Made by a program: the position numbers and the translations under genes | Notes under the pieces: generated by a model | What the model saw: only the letters and a program-made list of their open reading frames with translations | Told to the model about the DNA's origin: nothing | Database searches by the model: none | In this document: positions 15,688-22,198 of the stretch, piece by piece | How the letters are laid out: the number at the start of each line of letters is the position of its first letter | How positions within the stretch are numbered: position 1 is the first letter of the stretch | Virus record (IMG/VR): IMGVR_UViG_3300017754_002232 | Span: 1 to 27,560 of that record | Source of the DNA: a virus | Lineage: Duplodnaviria; Caudoviricetes | Strand: one strand, 5' to 3' | DNA: 27,560 nucleotides

Positions 15688-15715
15688 TTGACGGGATAAA
15701 CGGATCGTTTATAGT
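15688..15715 (+). promoter_or_regulatory. Rightward early promoter with embedded operator
   Basis: TTGACG-N16-TATAGT; perfect 7-3-7 palindrome ATAAACG-GAT-CGTTTAT at 15696-15712 overlaps the spacer and -10. Confidence 0.7.
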
Positions 15716-15747
15716 TCAGTCCATCGACACACCAACCGGAGCACGAC

Positions 15748-16017
15748 ATGGCATACGGCAAGCAAACCACCTCAGTCGCTGAACAACAAGCCGCCGAGCG
15801 TGGAATCACGTTGTTCAAGATTGGCGACACAGTAATCACCAACCACGGCCACAAGGGCACGATTTCAGAAGTGACCGCCTACGGGAGCGGTGAGCGGCTG
15901 TTCTGGAACATGTGCGATTACACGTTGGCCGGCGAGGCGTTCGGCTCCACCGGCATGCAGGTTGACTTCATCGACGCACACTTCACCAACGGTGGCTGCA
16001 TCAAGACGGCGGCCTAG
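15748..16017 (+). CDS. Hypothetical early protein (89 aa)
   Basis: GGAG RBS; first ORF after the rightward promoter; FKIGDTVIT..GHKGTI resembles SH3/KOW-like beta proteins. Confidence 0.75.
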   Translation: MAYGKQTTSVAEQQAAERGITLFKIGDTVITNHGHKGTISEVTAYGSGERLFWNMCDYTLAGEAFGSTGMQVDFIDAHFTNGGCIKTAA

Positions 16018-16025
16018 CCACACCC

Positions 16026-16077
16026 CCGCTGCGGTGCCAGCGGCCTGCCCCGAGGCAGGCCAGTGTCACCCCGACAC
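16026..16077 (+). promoter_or_regulatory. Cluster of GC-rich hairpins in the early transcript
   Basis: CCGCTG/CAGCGG, GGCCTGCC-CCGA-GGCAGGCC and GTGTC/GACAC; no U-tract. Confidence 0.4.
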
Positions 16078-16092
16078 GCAACAGGAGCCCCC

Positions 16093-16506
16093 ATGCACTA
16101 CACCACCCTCGGCCCCGGCGACAACGCCACGTGGCCCGCGCACATCGTCGCCAACGACCCCCGCGAAATCGGCATCGAAGACGATGGCCTCGCCCAATGG
16201 GAGGCTGACGAAATCGCCGCCGAGCAGATCGCCAGCACCGCCGCCGCCGTGGTGGATTGGCTGGGCAACGTCTGCAACGACGATGCCAGCAGCAAGCCCG
16301 TCGAGACGCACCTGATCTCCGACGCCCAGCTGCAAGACGCGCCTGCCGCCGTGCTGCTGGCCTGCATCATGACCGGCACCGACCGGCAAGCGACGTTTGC
16401 GAGGATGTTCCTGCGGGATCGTTTCCAGGCGGCCCGCAAGGACGAGATTACTGAGCGCAGCGCCGAGCTGTACGAAGCGGCGAACCCCACCTACAACGAG
16501 GAGTAA
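16093..16506 (+). CDS. Hypothetical acidic early protein
   Basis: AGGAG RBS before ATG 16093 (MHYTTLGPGDNATW...). Confidence 0.75.
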   Translation: MHYTTLGPGDNATWPAHIVANDPREIGIEDDGLAQWEADEIAAEQIASTAAAVVDWLGNVCNDDASSKPVETHLISDAQLQDAPAAVLLACIMTGTDRQATFARMFLRDRFQAARKDEITERSAELYEAANPTYNEE

Positions 16507-16512
16507 CCCAGC

Positions 16513-16734
16513 ATGACCACCAGCATCAGCATCCACAACGTCTCGGCCATCAAGGCCGGCCCGGTGCGCACCGAACGCCACCGATACGCCCCGTGCGAAG
16601 AGTACTTCGTGCGCACCATCGAAATCGTTGACGACAAGGGGCACAGGTTCCTCCTGACGCTGTTCGGCGATCTGATGGTCGGCCTCGCCATCGAGATGCC
16701 CGCGCCCGTCGCTCTCGCCCAGGAGGCCGCATGA
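16513..16734 (+). CDS. Hypothetical protein (73 aa)
   Basis: GAGGAG RBS; ATGA overlap with the exonuclease. Confidence 0.75.
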   Translation: MTTSISIHNVSAIKAGPVRTERHRYAPCEEYFVRTIEIVDDKGHRFLLTLFGDLMVGLAIEMPAPVALAQEAA

Positions 16735-17378
16735 CCACCGACACCACCACCCTTGAGCAACGCACCGACGAGTGGCTGCAGGCCCGCGTGGGCAAGGTCA
16801 CGGCATCGCAGATGAAGCACGTTCTGTCGAAGACCCAGAAGGGCCTCCCCACTGCCGCCCGCACGACGTACCTCTGGCAACAAGTCATCGAACGCCTGAC
16901 CGGCCAGCCCGCGCCCGTGGCCCGCACGATGGCGATGCAATGGGGCACCGATCAGGAGCCCTTCGCGCTGCAGGCGTACAACGAGGCGCACCTCGTCAAC
17001 GTCGAGGCTGTCGGCTTCGTCCAGCACCCGACGCTGGCCGTGGGCTGCAGCCCGGACGGGCTCGTCACCGAAGACATGGCATCGACCGGATTAGTGGAGA
17101 TCAAGTGCCCATTCAACAGCGCCGTGCATCTCGAGACCTGGCTCTCCGGGATGCCCGAGGAGCACATGGCCCAGGTGCAGGGGCAGATGTGGATCACCGG
17201 CCGCGAGTGGTGCGATTTCGTGTCGTTCGACCCGCGCATGCCCGCCGACCTGCAGCTCTACGTCCAGCGGGTTCAGCGTAATCCCGAATTCATCGCGGGC
17301 CTGGAACGCGAGATCATCACGTTCCTAGGCGAGGTCGATGCCATCGTGCAGAAGCTGCAGGCGAAGACCTCGTTTTGA
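16731..17378 (+). CDS. YqaJ/lambda-type recombination exonuclease
   Basis: QRTDEWLQARVGKVTAS, AMQWGTDQEP, GCSPDGLV, VEIKCP, QVQGQMW, WCDFVSFDPR. Confidence 0.95.
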   Translation: MTTDTTTLEQRTDEWLQARVGKVTASQMKHVLSKTQKGLPTAARTTYLWQQVIERLTGQPAPVARTMAMQWGTDQEPFALQAYNEAHLVNVEAVGFVQHPTLAVGCSPDGLVTEDMASTGLVEIKCPFNSAVHLETWLSGMPEEHMAQVQGQMWITGREWCDFVSFDPRMPADLQLYVQRVQRNPEFIAGLEREIITFLGEVDAIVQKLQAKTSF

Positions 17379-17384
17379 TCCTGT

Positions 17385-17418
17385 TTGGCGCTAGAGGCAA
17401 ATTTGGTTCTAGCGCCAA
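17385..17418. repeat. 34-bp near-perfect palindrome between exonuclease and annealase
   Basis: TTGGCGCTAGA-GG-CAAATTTG-GT-TCTAGCGCCAA. Confidence 0.8.
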
Positions 17419-17451
17419 GGAAACCATAAATCACCCACCGGAGTCACACAT

Positions 17452-18156
17452 ATGACTGCTCTCGTACCCGTCTCTGAAATTGAACGCATGGCCGCATCGG
17501 TCGCCAAGTCCGGCCTGTTCGGCATGAAAACCCCAGAGCAGGCGATGGCCCTTATGCTTATCGCGCAGGCTGAGGGCATGCACCCAGCCAAGGCGGTGCA
17601 AGAGTTCCACATCATCAACGGCAGGCCCGCCCTCAAGGCCGACGCCATGCTGGCCCGGTTTCAGGCCGCAGGCGGGTCGGTGCGCTGGGGCACATACACC
17701 GAGCAGACCGTCTCTGGCACGTTTGCCCATCCGCAGGGCGGCAGCGTCGAGATTGAATGGACATACGCGATGGCCGAGCGCGCTGGGCTGACGAAGAACC
17801 CGACATGGCGGCAGTACCCGCGCCAGATGCTGCGCGCCCGCGTGGTATCCGAAGGCATCCGCACGGTGTTTCCCGGCGTGGTTGTCGGCGCGTACACCGA
17901 AGAGGAAGCGCACGACATGGCCCCGCCTTCGCGCCAGCAGGTCGTGGAAATCGTTCCTGCCGCTCCCGAGTCCGAACCCGCCGACCTCCTCGCCGCCATC
18001 GACGCCGCGCAGACAGTCGAAGCCCTGAACGCCCTCAAGCCCCGCATCCGCACGCTGCCGGCCGACCTCCGAGCCGAGATCACCGACGCCGCAAAGCAAC
18101 GCGCCCAGCAGATCCGCGACGCTCAGACCGTGGAGGCCAGCGATGATCCGATCTGA
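17452..18156 (+). CDS. RecT/Red-beta-like single-strand annealing protein
   Basis: Adjacent to the exonuclease; HIINGRPAL, AERAGL, WRQYPRQMLRARVVSEGIR..FP..GAYTEEE motifs. Confidence 0.8.
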   Translation: MTALVPVSEIERMAASVAKSGLFGMKTPEQAMALMLIAQAEGMHPAKAVQEFHIINGRPALKADAMLARFQAAGGSVRWGTYTEQTVSGTFAHPQGGSVEIEWTYAMAERAGLTKNPTWRQYPRQMLRARVVSEGIRTVFPGVVVGAYTEEEAHDMAPPSRQQVVEIVPAAPESEPADLLAAIDAAQTVEALNALKPRIRTLPADLRAEITDAAKQRAQQIRDAQTVEASDDPI

Positions 18157-18349
18157 CATCACCACCGAGCCCCAAGCGGGGCCATACAGTGTGCGCAAGG
18201 TCGGCGAGCGCTGGCTCGTCGTGCGCCAGATCGCGGGCGTCGATGCCATGACAGTGGTAGCCGACTGCCGCACCGAGCAGTCCGCCCGCAGCGTGGCAGA
18301 CGAGTTCAACGAGATGCGTACCCGATACGAGGGGAACCGCCATGTATGA
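18143..18349 (+). CDS. Hypothetical protein (68 aa)
   Basis: GGAGG RBS; overlaps the annealase stop. Confidence 0.65.
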   Translation: MIRSDITTEPQAGPYSVRKVGERWLVVRQIAGVDAMTVVADCRTEQSARSVADEFNEMRTRYEGNRHV

Positions 18350-18467
18350 CCGCCACCCGTACACCCGCGAGCAGCGGCCGCAGCGCCGCCCGCTGGCCGA
18401 CATCGCCTTGGCCATCGCCATCGGTTCCGGCCTGGCGTGGTGGCTCGTGAGGTGGGCCGCAGCATGA
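18342..18467 (+). CDS. Small membrane protein (41 aa)
   Basis: Hand translation MYDRHPYTREQRPQRRPLADIALAIAIGSGLAWWLVRWAAA; GAGGGG RBS; ATGA overlap with the next gene. Confidence 0.65.
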   Translation: MYDRHPYTREQRPQRRPLADIALAIAIGSGLAWWLVRWAAA

Positions 18468-18754
18468 ACGCCACGCACGTAACCCCCCGCATGCTCGACG
18501 CCCTCGAGGCAGTCAAGCGCCTTGAGCCATGCACCGCGCAGCAGCTGGCCGTCGAGCTCGGCGTGCAGATGGCATCGGCGCGCACGTATCTGTCGAATCT
18601 GCGCGTGATCGGGTTCGTCAGGCCCAGCGCGTGCAACAGATGGGCGAAGTGGACGACCTGCCGCGTGCAGGCCGAGAACCCTGAGATCGTGCAGTGCTCG
18701 AGCGTTTGGGAATACGCGGCCAGGTGCCGCCACAGTCAGGAGAGCAGAGCATGA
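18464..18754 (+). CDS. Winged-helix DNA-binding protein
   Basis: Probable ATG 18464; LEAVKRLEPCTAQQLAVELGVQMASARTYLSNLRVIGFV HTH pattern. Confidence 0.7.
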   Translation: MNATHVTPRMLDALEAVKRLEPCTAQQLAVELGVQMASARTYLSNLRVIGFVRPSACNRWAKWTTCRVQAENPEIVQCSSVWEYAARCRHSQESRA

Positions 18755-18945
18755 GAGCGTTGGAAATCGTCCGAGGGTGGTTCACGCCACCCGCCGCCCT
18801 GGTCCTCGCCGCCCGCGAGCTGGAGGACGCCAAGCGCGGGCTGCTCTCGGCGCAGTCGAGTAGGGAATACGCGGATGGCATGGTGAAGTATTACGAGAGC
18901 AAGATTAAGAGGTTGACGGGTTATTTGAAGGAGGCTGGGGAATGA
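18751..18945 (+). CDS. Hypothetical coiled-coil protein
   Basis: Probable ATG 18751 with ATGA overlaps at both ends; MRALEIVRGWFTPP...KIKRLTGYL. Confidence 0.7.
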   Translation: MRALEIVRGWFTPPAALVLAARELEDAKRGLLSAQSSREYADGMVKYYESKIKRLTGYLKEAGE

Positions 18946-19520
18946 GCGACTTGAAGAAAGCCGCCCAGCAGGCGCTGGAGGCGTTGGGCAAGTGGAGTAG
19001 TGGCCGCGACATAGACGCTGTGCAACTGAACGATCTGATCGCCACGCTTGAGTCCGCGCTGGAGCAGCCGGAGCAGGCAACTGGTAAGGAATCCTTACAA
19101 GTTGGTCAGGAGGAGCCAGAAGGGGGGTGGCAGTCTGCCCCCTCCCCTCAAGTGACGCAGCGCATTGCAGACATGCCCATGTCCGAGTACCGGCGTGGCG
19201 TGAACGATGGGTTCAAGTTGGGCTTGCGAGAGGGACGCATCAAGGCCGAGGACGAGATGCGGGAGCAGCCGGAGCAGCCGGTGGCGTGGCTGGAATCGCC
19301 ATACGGTTCAATCAGGATGAACACAACAATGCGGTTTCAGTTTCCTCCGCAAAGCCTGAAGTGGAAGATACCCCTCTACACCCACCCACCCCGCCGAGAG
19401 TGGCGAGGGCTGACGGACGATGAGATCAGCGCGCTATTCCCGTCATCTTTGCGCAGCGATTACAAACCGTATAGCTTTGCCCGCGCCATCGAGGCCGCGC
19501 TGAAGGAGCGAAACACATGA
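18942..19520 (+). CDS. Modular hypothetical phage protein
   Basis: GGAGG RBS; AAQQALEAL start, repeated EQPEQ linkers, PLYTHPP.REWRGLTDDEI...FARAIEAALKE end. Confidence 0.75.
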   Translation: MSDLKKAAQQALEALGKWSSGRDIDAVQLNDLIATLESALEQPEQATGKESLQVGQEEPEGGWQSAPSPQVTQRIADMPMSEYRRGVNDGFKLGLREGRIKAEDEMREQPEQPVAWLESPYGSIRMNTTMRFQFPPQSLKWKIPLYTHPPRREWRGLTDDEISALFPSSLRSDYKPYSFARAIEAALKERNT

Positions 19521-19747
19521 CAACATGGCACAAAGGCCCGCCGCCATCTATCGGCTGGTGGCCTGCGAGTAGCTATTACAACCCCAACGCGCATCGCTGG
19601 TGGAACGGCGAATGGTGGTCGGCAGCGGCGTGGCCTGACTCCTCTGCCGAAGAAGTCGCAAGGGCCGCGTGCTTCAAAGCCACAGACCAAGACGAAATCC
19701 AATGGACCGACCGGCCCGCTGATTGGCCTGAGAGGAGTCGCACATGA
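19517..19747 (+). CDS. Trp-rich hypothetical protein (76 aa)
   Basis: AAGGAG RBS; ATGA overlaps at both ends. Confidence 0.75.
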   Translation: MTTWHKGPPPSIGWWPASSYYNPNAHRWWNGEWWSAAAWPDSSAEEVARAACFKATDQDEIQWTDRPADWPERSRT

Positions 19748-19953
19748 AAGACGCCGGAGGGTGGGCCTTCCCCGCCCAGCACTTCGATTTGGCCGAGCAT
19801 GAGCATGGGATGAGCCTGCTCGATTGGTATGCAGGACAGGCGCTGATTGGGATACTGGCGCGGCCTGCGGTCAATTATCGAACCGTAGACGAGTTGGCGC
19901 GACAAGCGCACGCCGTGGCCCGCGCCATGATTCAGGAGAGGAGCAAGACATGA
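19744..19953 (+). CDS. Hypothetical phage protein (GMSLLDWYAGQAL type)
   Basis: GAGGAG RBS; GG.AFP...GMSLLDWYAGQAL...ARAMI pattern. Confidence 0.8.
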   Translation: MKDAGGWAFPAQHFDLAEHEHGMSLLDWYAGQALIGILARPAVNYRTVDELARQAHAVARAMIQERSKT

Positions 19954-20288
19954 CCGACCGCGACGACATCATCCGCATGGCGCGGAAGGCTGGAATGCAA
20001 GGGATGCTGACCGATGTTGTGACAACAGTTGACGAACTTGCCCGTTTCGCCAAGCTGGCCTACGAGGCCGGTGCCGCAGCCGAGCGCGATGCGTGTGCGA
20101 AGGTGTGCGACGCCGTGGCCGAAAGCGCAAACAAAGCCGCTGTGGATAAGCAATACTTGATTATCCGAAATGGGGCTGAGGCTCGGAGGTGCAGTGCCGC
20201 CATCCGCGCCCAAGCCGTCGACCGCCTCGCACGCCACGGCATCCAGCTTCCCGACGATGACGAAGAGTATGGCAACCCTTCTTTCTGA
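19950..20288 (+). CDS. Hypothetical phage protein
   Basis: Probable ATG 19950; MTDRDDIIRMARKAG...AERDACAKVCD...AAIRA. Confidence 0.75.
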   Translation: MTDRDDIIRMARKAGMQGMLTDVVTTVDELARFAKLAYEAGAAAERDACAKVCDAVAESANKAAVDKQYLIIRNGAEARRCSAAIRAQAVDRLARHGIQLPDDDEEYGNPSF

Positions 20289-20517
20289 GACGTTCCTGCG
20301 CGTCCACCCGGCCACCGAGCTATGGTGGCAGCAGCGCGAGCAGTGCCAACGCTGCGGGAATGCCCTATTGACCCGACCCTACGAAGGCGAGACGATCCTG
20401 CGCTGCACGATGCTGCGCCAGGGCGGCGCGCACGGGTCAGGGTACTGTATCGACGCCAGGCTACCGGATGGGCCGTGCGGGCCAGAGGCGAAATTGTTCA
20501 AGGAGATCACGCCATGA
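20269..20517 (+). CDS. Cys-rich hypothetical protein
   Basis: Probable ATG 20269; CQRC...C...YCIDAR...CGPEAKLF. Confidence 0.7.
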   Translation: MATLLSETFLRVHPATELWWQQREQCQRCGNALLTRPYEGETILRCTMLRQGGAHGSGYCIDARLPDGPCGPEAKLFKEITP

Positions 20518-20699
20518 TTCCACGCGGATGCGACCAGCAAGGTCGCCACCCAGAAGCGGCCGAAGCGGCCACCGAAGTCGGCATCCCCGACGAGCCCGAG
20601 CAGGATATGCTCAGGGTCGTGATCGACGATGCGCTGATCGCCATAGCGGCGGTCGGCGCGCTCTGCGTCATCGTGCTCGTGGTGGCGGGGAACATGTGA
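20514..20699 (+). CDS. Small protein with C-terminal transmembrane helix
   Basis: AAGGAG RBS, ATG 20514; MIPRGCDQQGR...LIAIAAVGALCVIVLVVAG. Confidence 0.7.
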   Translation: MIPRGCDQQGRHPEAAEAATEVGIPDEPEQDMLRVVIDDALIAIAAVGALCVIVLVVAGNM

Positions 20700-20890
20700 T
20701 GGCCGACTTCGAGAGCTGGAGCAAAGAGAGCCTCGTCCAGTTCGCCTACGACGCCCAGCAGCGTCTACGCGAGCAGGACACCGAGGTCAAGCGCTTGCAG
20801 ATGTTGCTCGATTTCACGCAGCAGGACGTCGCCTGCGCGCTGGTGGCGTACCGGGAGCTGCTGCGTGGGTTGCCGCAGGAGAGGCACTAG
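20699..20890 (+). CDS. Hypothetical coiled-coil protein
   Basis: ATG 20699 (TGATG overlap); MADFESWSKESLVQFAYDA...; last gene of the rightward operon. Confidence 0.7.
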   Translation: MADFESWSKESLVQFAYDAQQRLREQDTEVKRLQMLLDFTQQDVACALVAYRELLRGLPQERH

Positions 20891-21348
20891 CTTAGCAGCG
20901 CCGCCTCGGCCGCGCGCCGGCGAACCAGCCCGGGCAAAACCCGGCCGCCGCCGCGATTCCACAGCACAAGCTGCTCCTTGGCACCATCCCAGTCCAGGGC
21001 GCGCAGCTTGCGCCGCAGAGTGGACGTCTGGAGCCTTCCTGAGCCCAGGTTGAAGGTGAAGTCCGTGATCGCGTTGAAAGCCCGCCAGGAGCCGTTTGTA
21101 AGGCTCCAAGCGAAGAGCTCGGGGCACAGCCGTACCACGGCCGCGGAGGACACCTTGCGCAGCTCCCACAGCAGCAGCTCCTCGGCCCGCTCCTTGGTGA
21201 TCGGCGAGTCGTCCATGGACACTCGCCGGCCGTCCTCGTAGTAGGTCGCGCCGTAGCCGATCGTGGGTACGCCGGCCGGGCAGATGTAGGGCTTGAGGAA
21301 CAGCCCCTCAAACTGCTTGCACAGCGCGACCGCGACGTCCAGGTTCAC
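20887..21348 (-). CDS. Endolysin, GH24 lysozyme
   Basis: GTG start 21348 overlapping the holin stop; FEG-x-PYICPAGVPTIGYG catalytic region, DFTFNLGSG, LPGLVRRRAAE. Confidence 0.93.
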   Translation of the reverse strand: MNLDVAVALCKQFEGLFLKPYICPAGVPTIGYGATYYEDGRRVSMDDSPITKERAEELLLWELRKVSSAAVVRLCPELFAWSLTNGSWRAFNAITDFTFNLGSGRLQTSTLRRKLRALDWDGAKEQLVLWNRGGGRVLPGLVRRRAAEAALLS

Positions 21349-21845
21349 GCAAGCCCCCGCTGCTTCAGAGTCCGATCGAGGAACCAGTAGTTGAAAGTGC
21401 CGGCCACCAGCGCCGCAAAGTCGGCCGTCATCATGGTCAGGAACACTTCCTTCGGGGACGCCCCGGCGAGGTAAGCGCTCCAAGCGAACCAGACGTGAAT
21501 GAACGACCAGACGAAGAGCAGCCAGTACGTCACCACCGGCCGCACACTGGCCGACAGGCTGGCCACCCAGCCCTTGCCGGCGGCCTTCACCATCTCGGCC
21601 TGCTGGTTGATCGCCGCTGTCACGGCGTCCATGACACCGACGTCCACGGCCATCGCGTGCTGCGCACCGATCTCCTGCATGCGCTGCGAGCCGCGAACCT
21701 TCTCCAGCTCGCACTGCTTGTCGAACATCGACAACTCGTGCTGGCGTTCGTTCTTGCGGTCGAAGAACTTCAGGACCTCAGGCGCAAGCCGGAACAGCCC
21801 GCCGAAGACCGAGCCCAGGATGCCGCCGCTCAGGATGTCTTCCAT
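21345..21845 (-). CDS. Putative holin (3TM GTA-holin-like)
   Basis: Probable ATG 21845; N-terminal hydrophobic Gly-rich helix, SVRPVVTY, transmembrane segments and YWFLDR end; directly upstream of lysozyme. Confidence 0.75.
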   Translation of the reverse strand: MEDILSGGILGSVFGGLFRLAPEVLKFFDRKNERQHELSMFDKQCELEKVRGSQRMQEIGAQHAMAVDVGVMDAVTAAINQQAEMVKAAGKGWVASLSASVRPVVTYWLLFVWSFIHVWFAWSAYLAGASPKEVFLTMMTADFAALVAGTFNYWFLDRTLKQRGLA

Positions 21846-21847
21846 GC

Positions 21848-22198
21848 TCACCTCTTCACTTCGTTCTTGACATGCTCCCACACCCCCACAGCCAAGAACA
21901 CCAGCGCGGCCCACAGGCCCAGCGAGGCCGTCTTGGCGAAGGCGTCACTCTTGACTTTGTCCCACCAGCCCGCGTTGGCGATGGCCTTCTCATGCGCGAT
22001 GCGATGGCCATGCGGATCCCCGCCCGGGAACGCCTCGGCGAACGTCTGCCGCAGCGAGGCGAACTGCCGATCCATGTGCGCCATCAGGTGCTGCTCGTGG
22101 TTCGTGAGCGCCTGCTGCACGGCCTCCGCGATCATGAGCTTCACCCGGTCTTCGGTGAGCGCGGCGTCTCGCCGCTCGGGGCCTTCGTAGAGAGTCAT
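21848..22198 (-). CDS. Membrane protein of the lysis region
   Basis: 116 aa with one C-terminal TM (LGLWAALVFLAVGVW); YEGPERR start; ATGA overlap with the upstream gene. Confidence 0.7.
   Translation of the reverse strand: MTLYEGPERRDAALTEDRVKLMIAEAVQQALTNHEQHLMAHMDRQFASLRQTFAEAFPGGDPHGHRIAHEKAIANAGWWDKVKSDAFAKTASLGLWAALVFLAVGVWEHVKNEVKR

Noticed and set aside
16066-20695. Minus-strand ORFs over the early operon (e.g. 17431-18636)
   Set aside because: Antisense to exonuclease, annealase and the RBS/ATGA-coupled plus-strand genes
20887-21914. 275-aa lysozyme and 189-aa holin as listed in the track
   Set aside because: N-terminal extensions overlap upstream genes; GTG 21348 and ATG 21845 give normal-sized proteins
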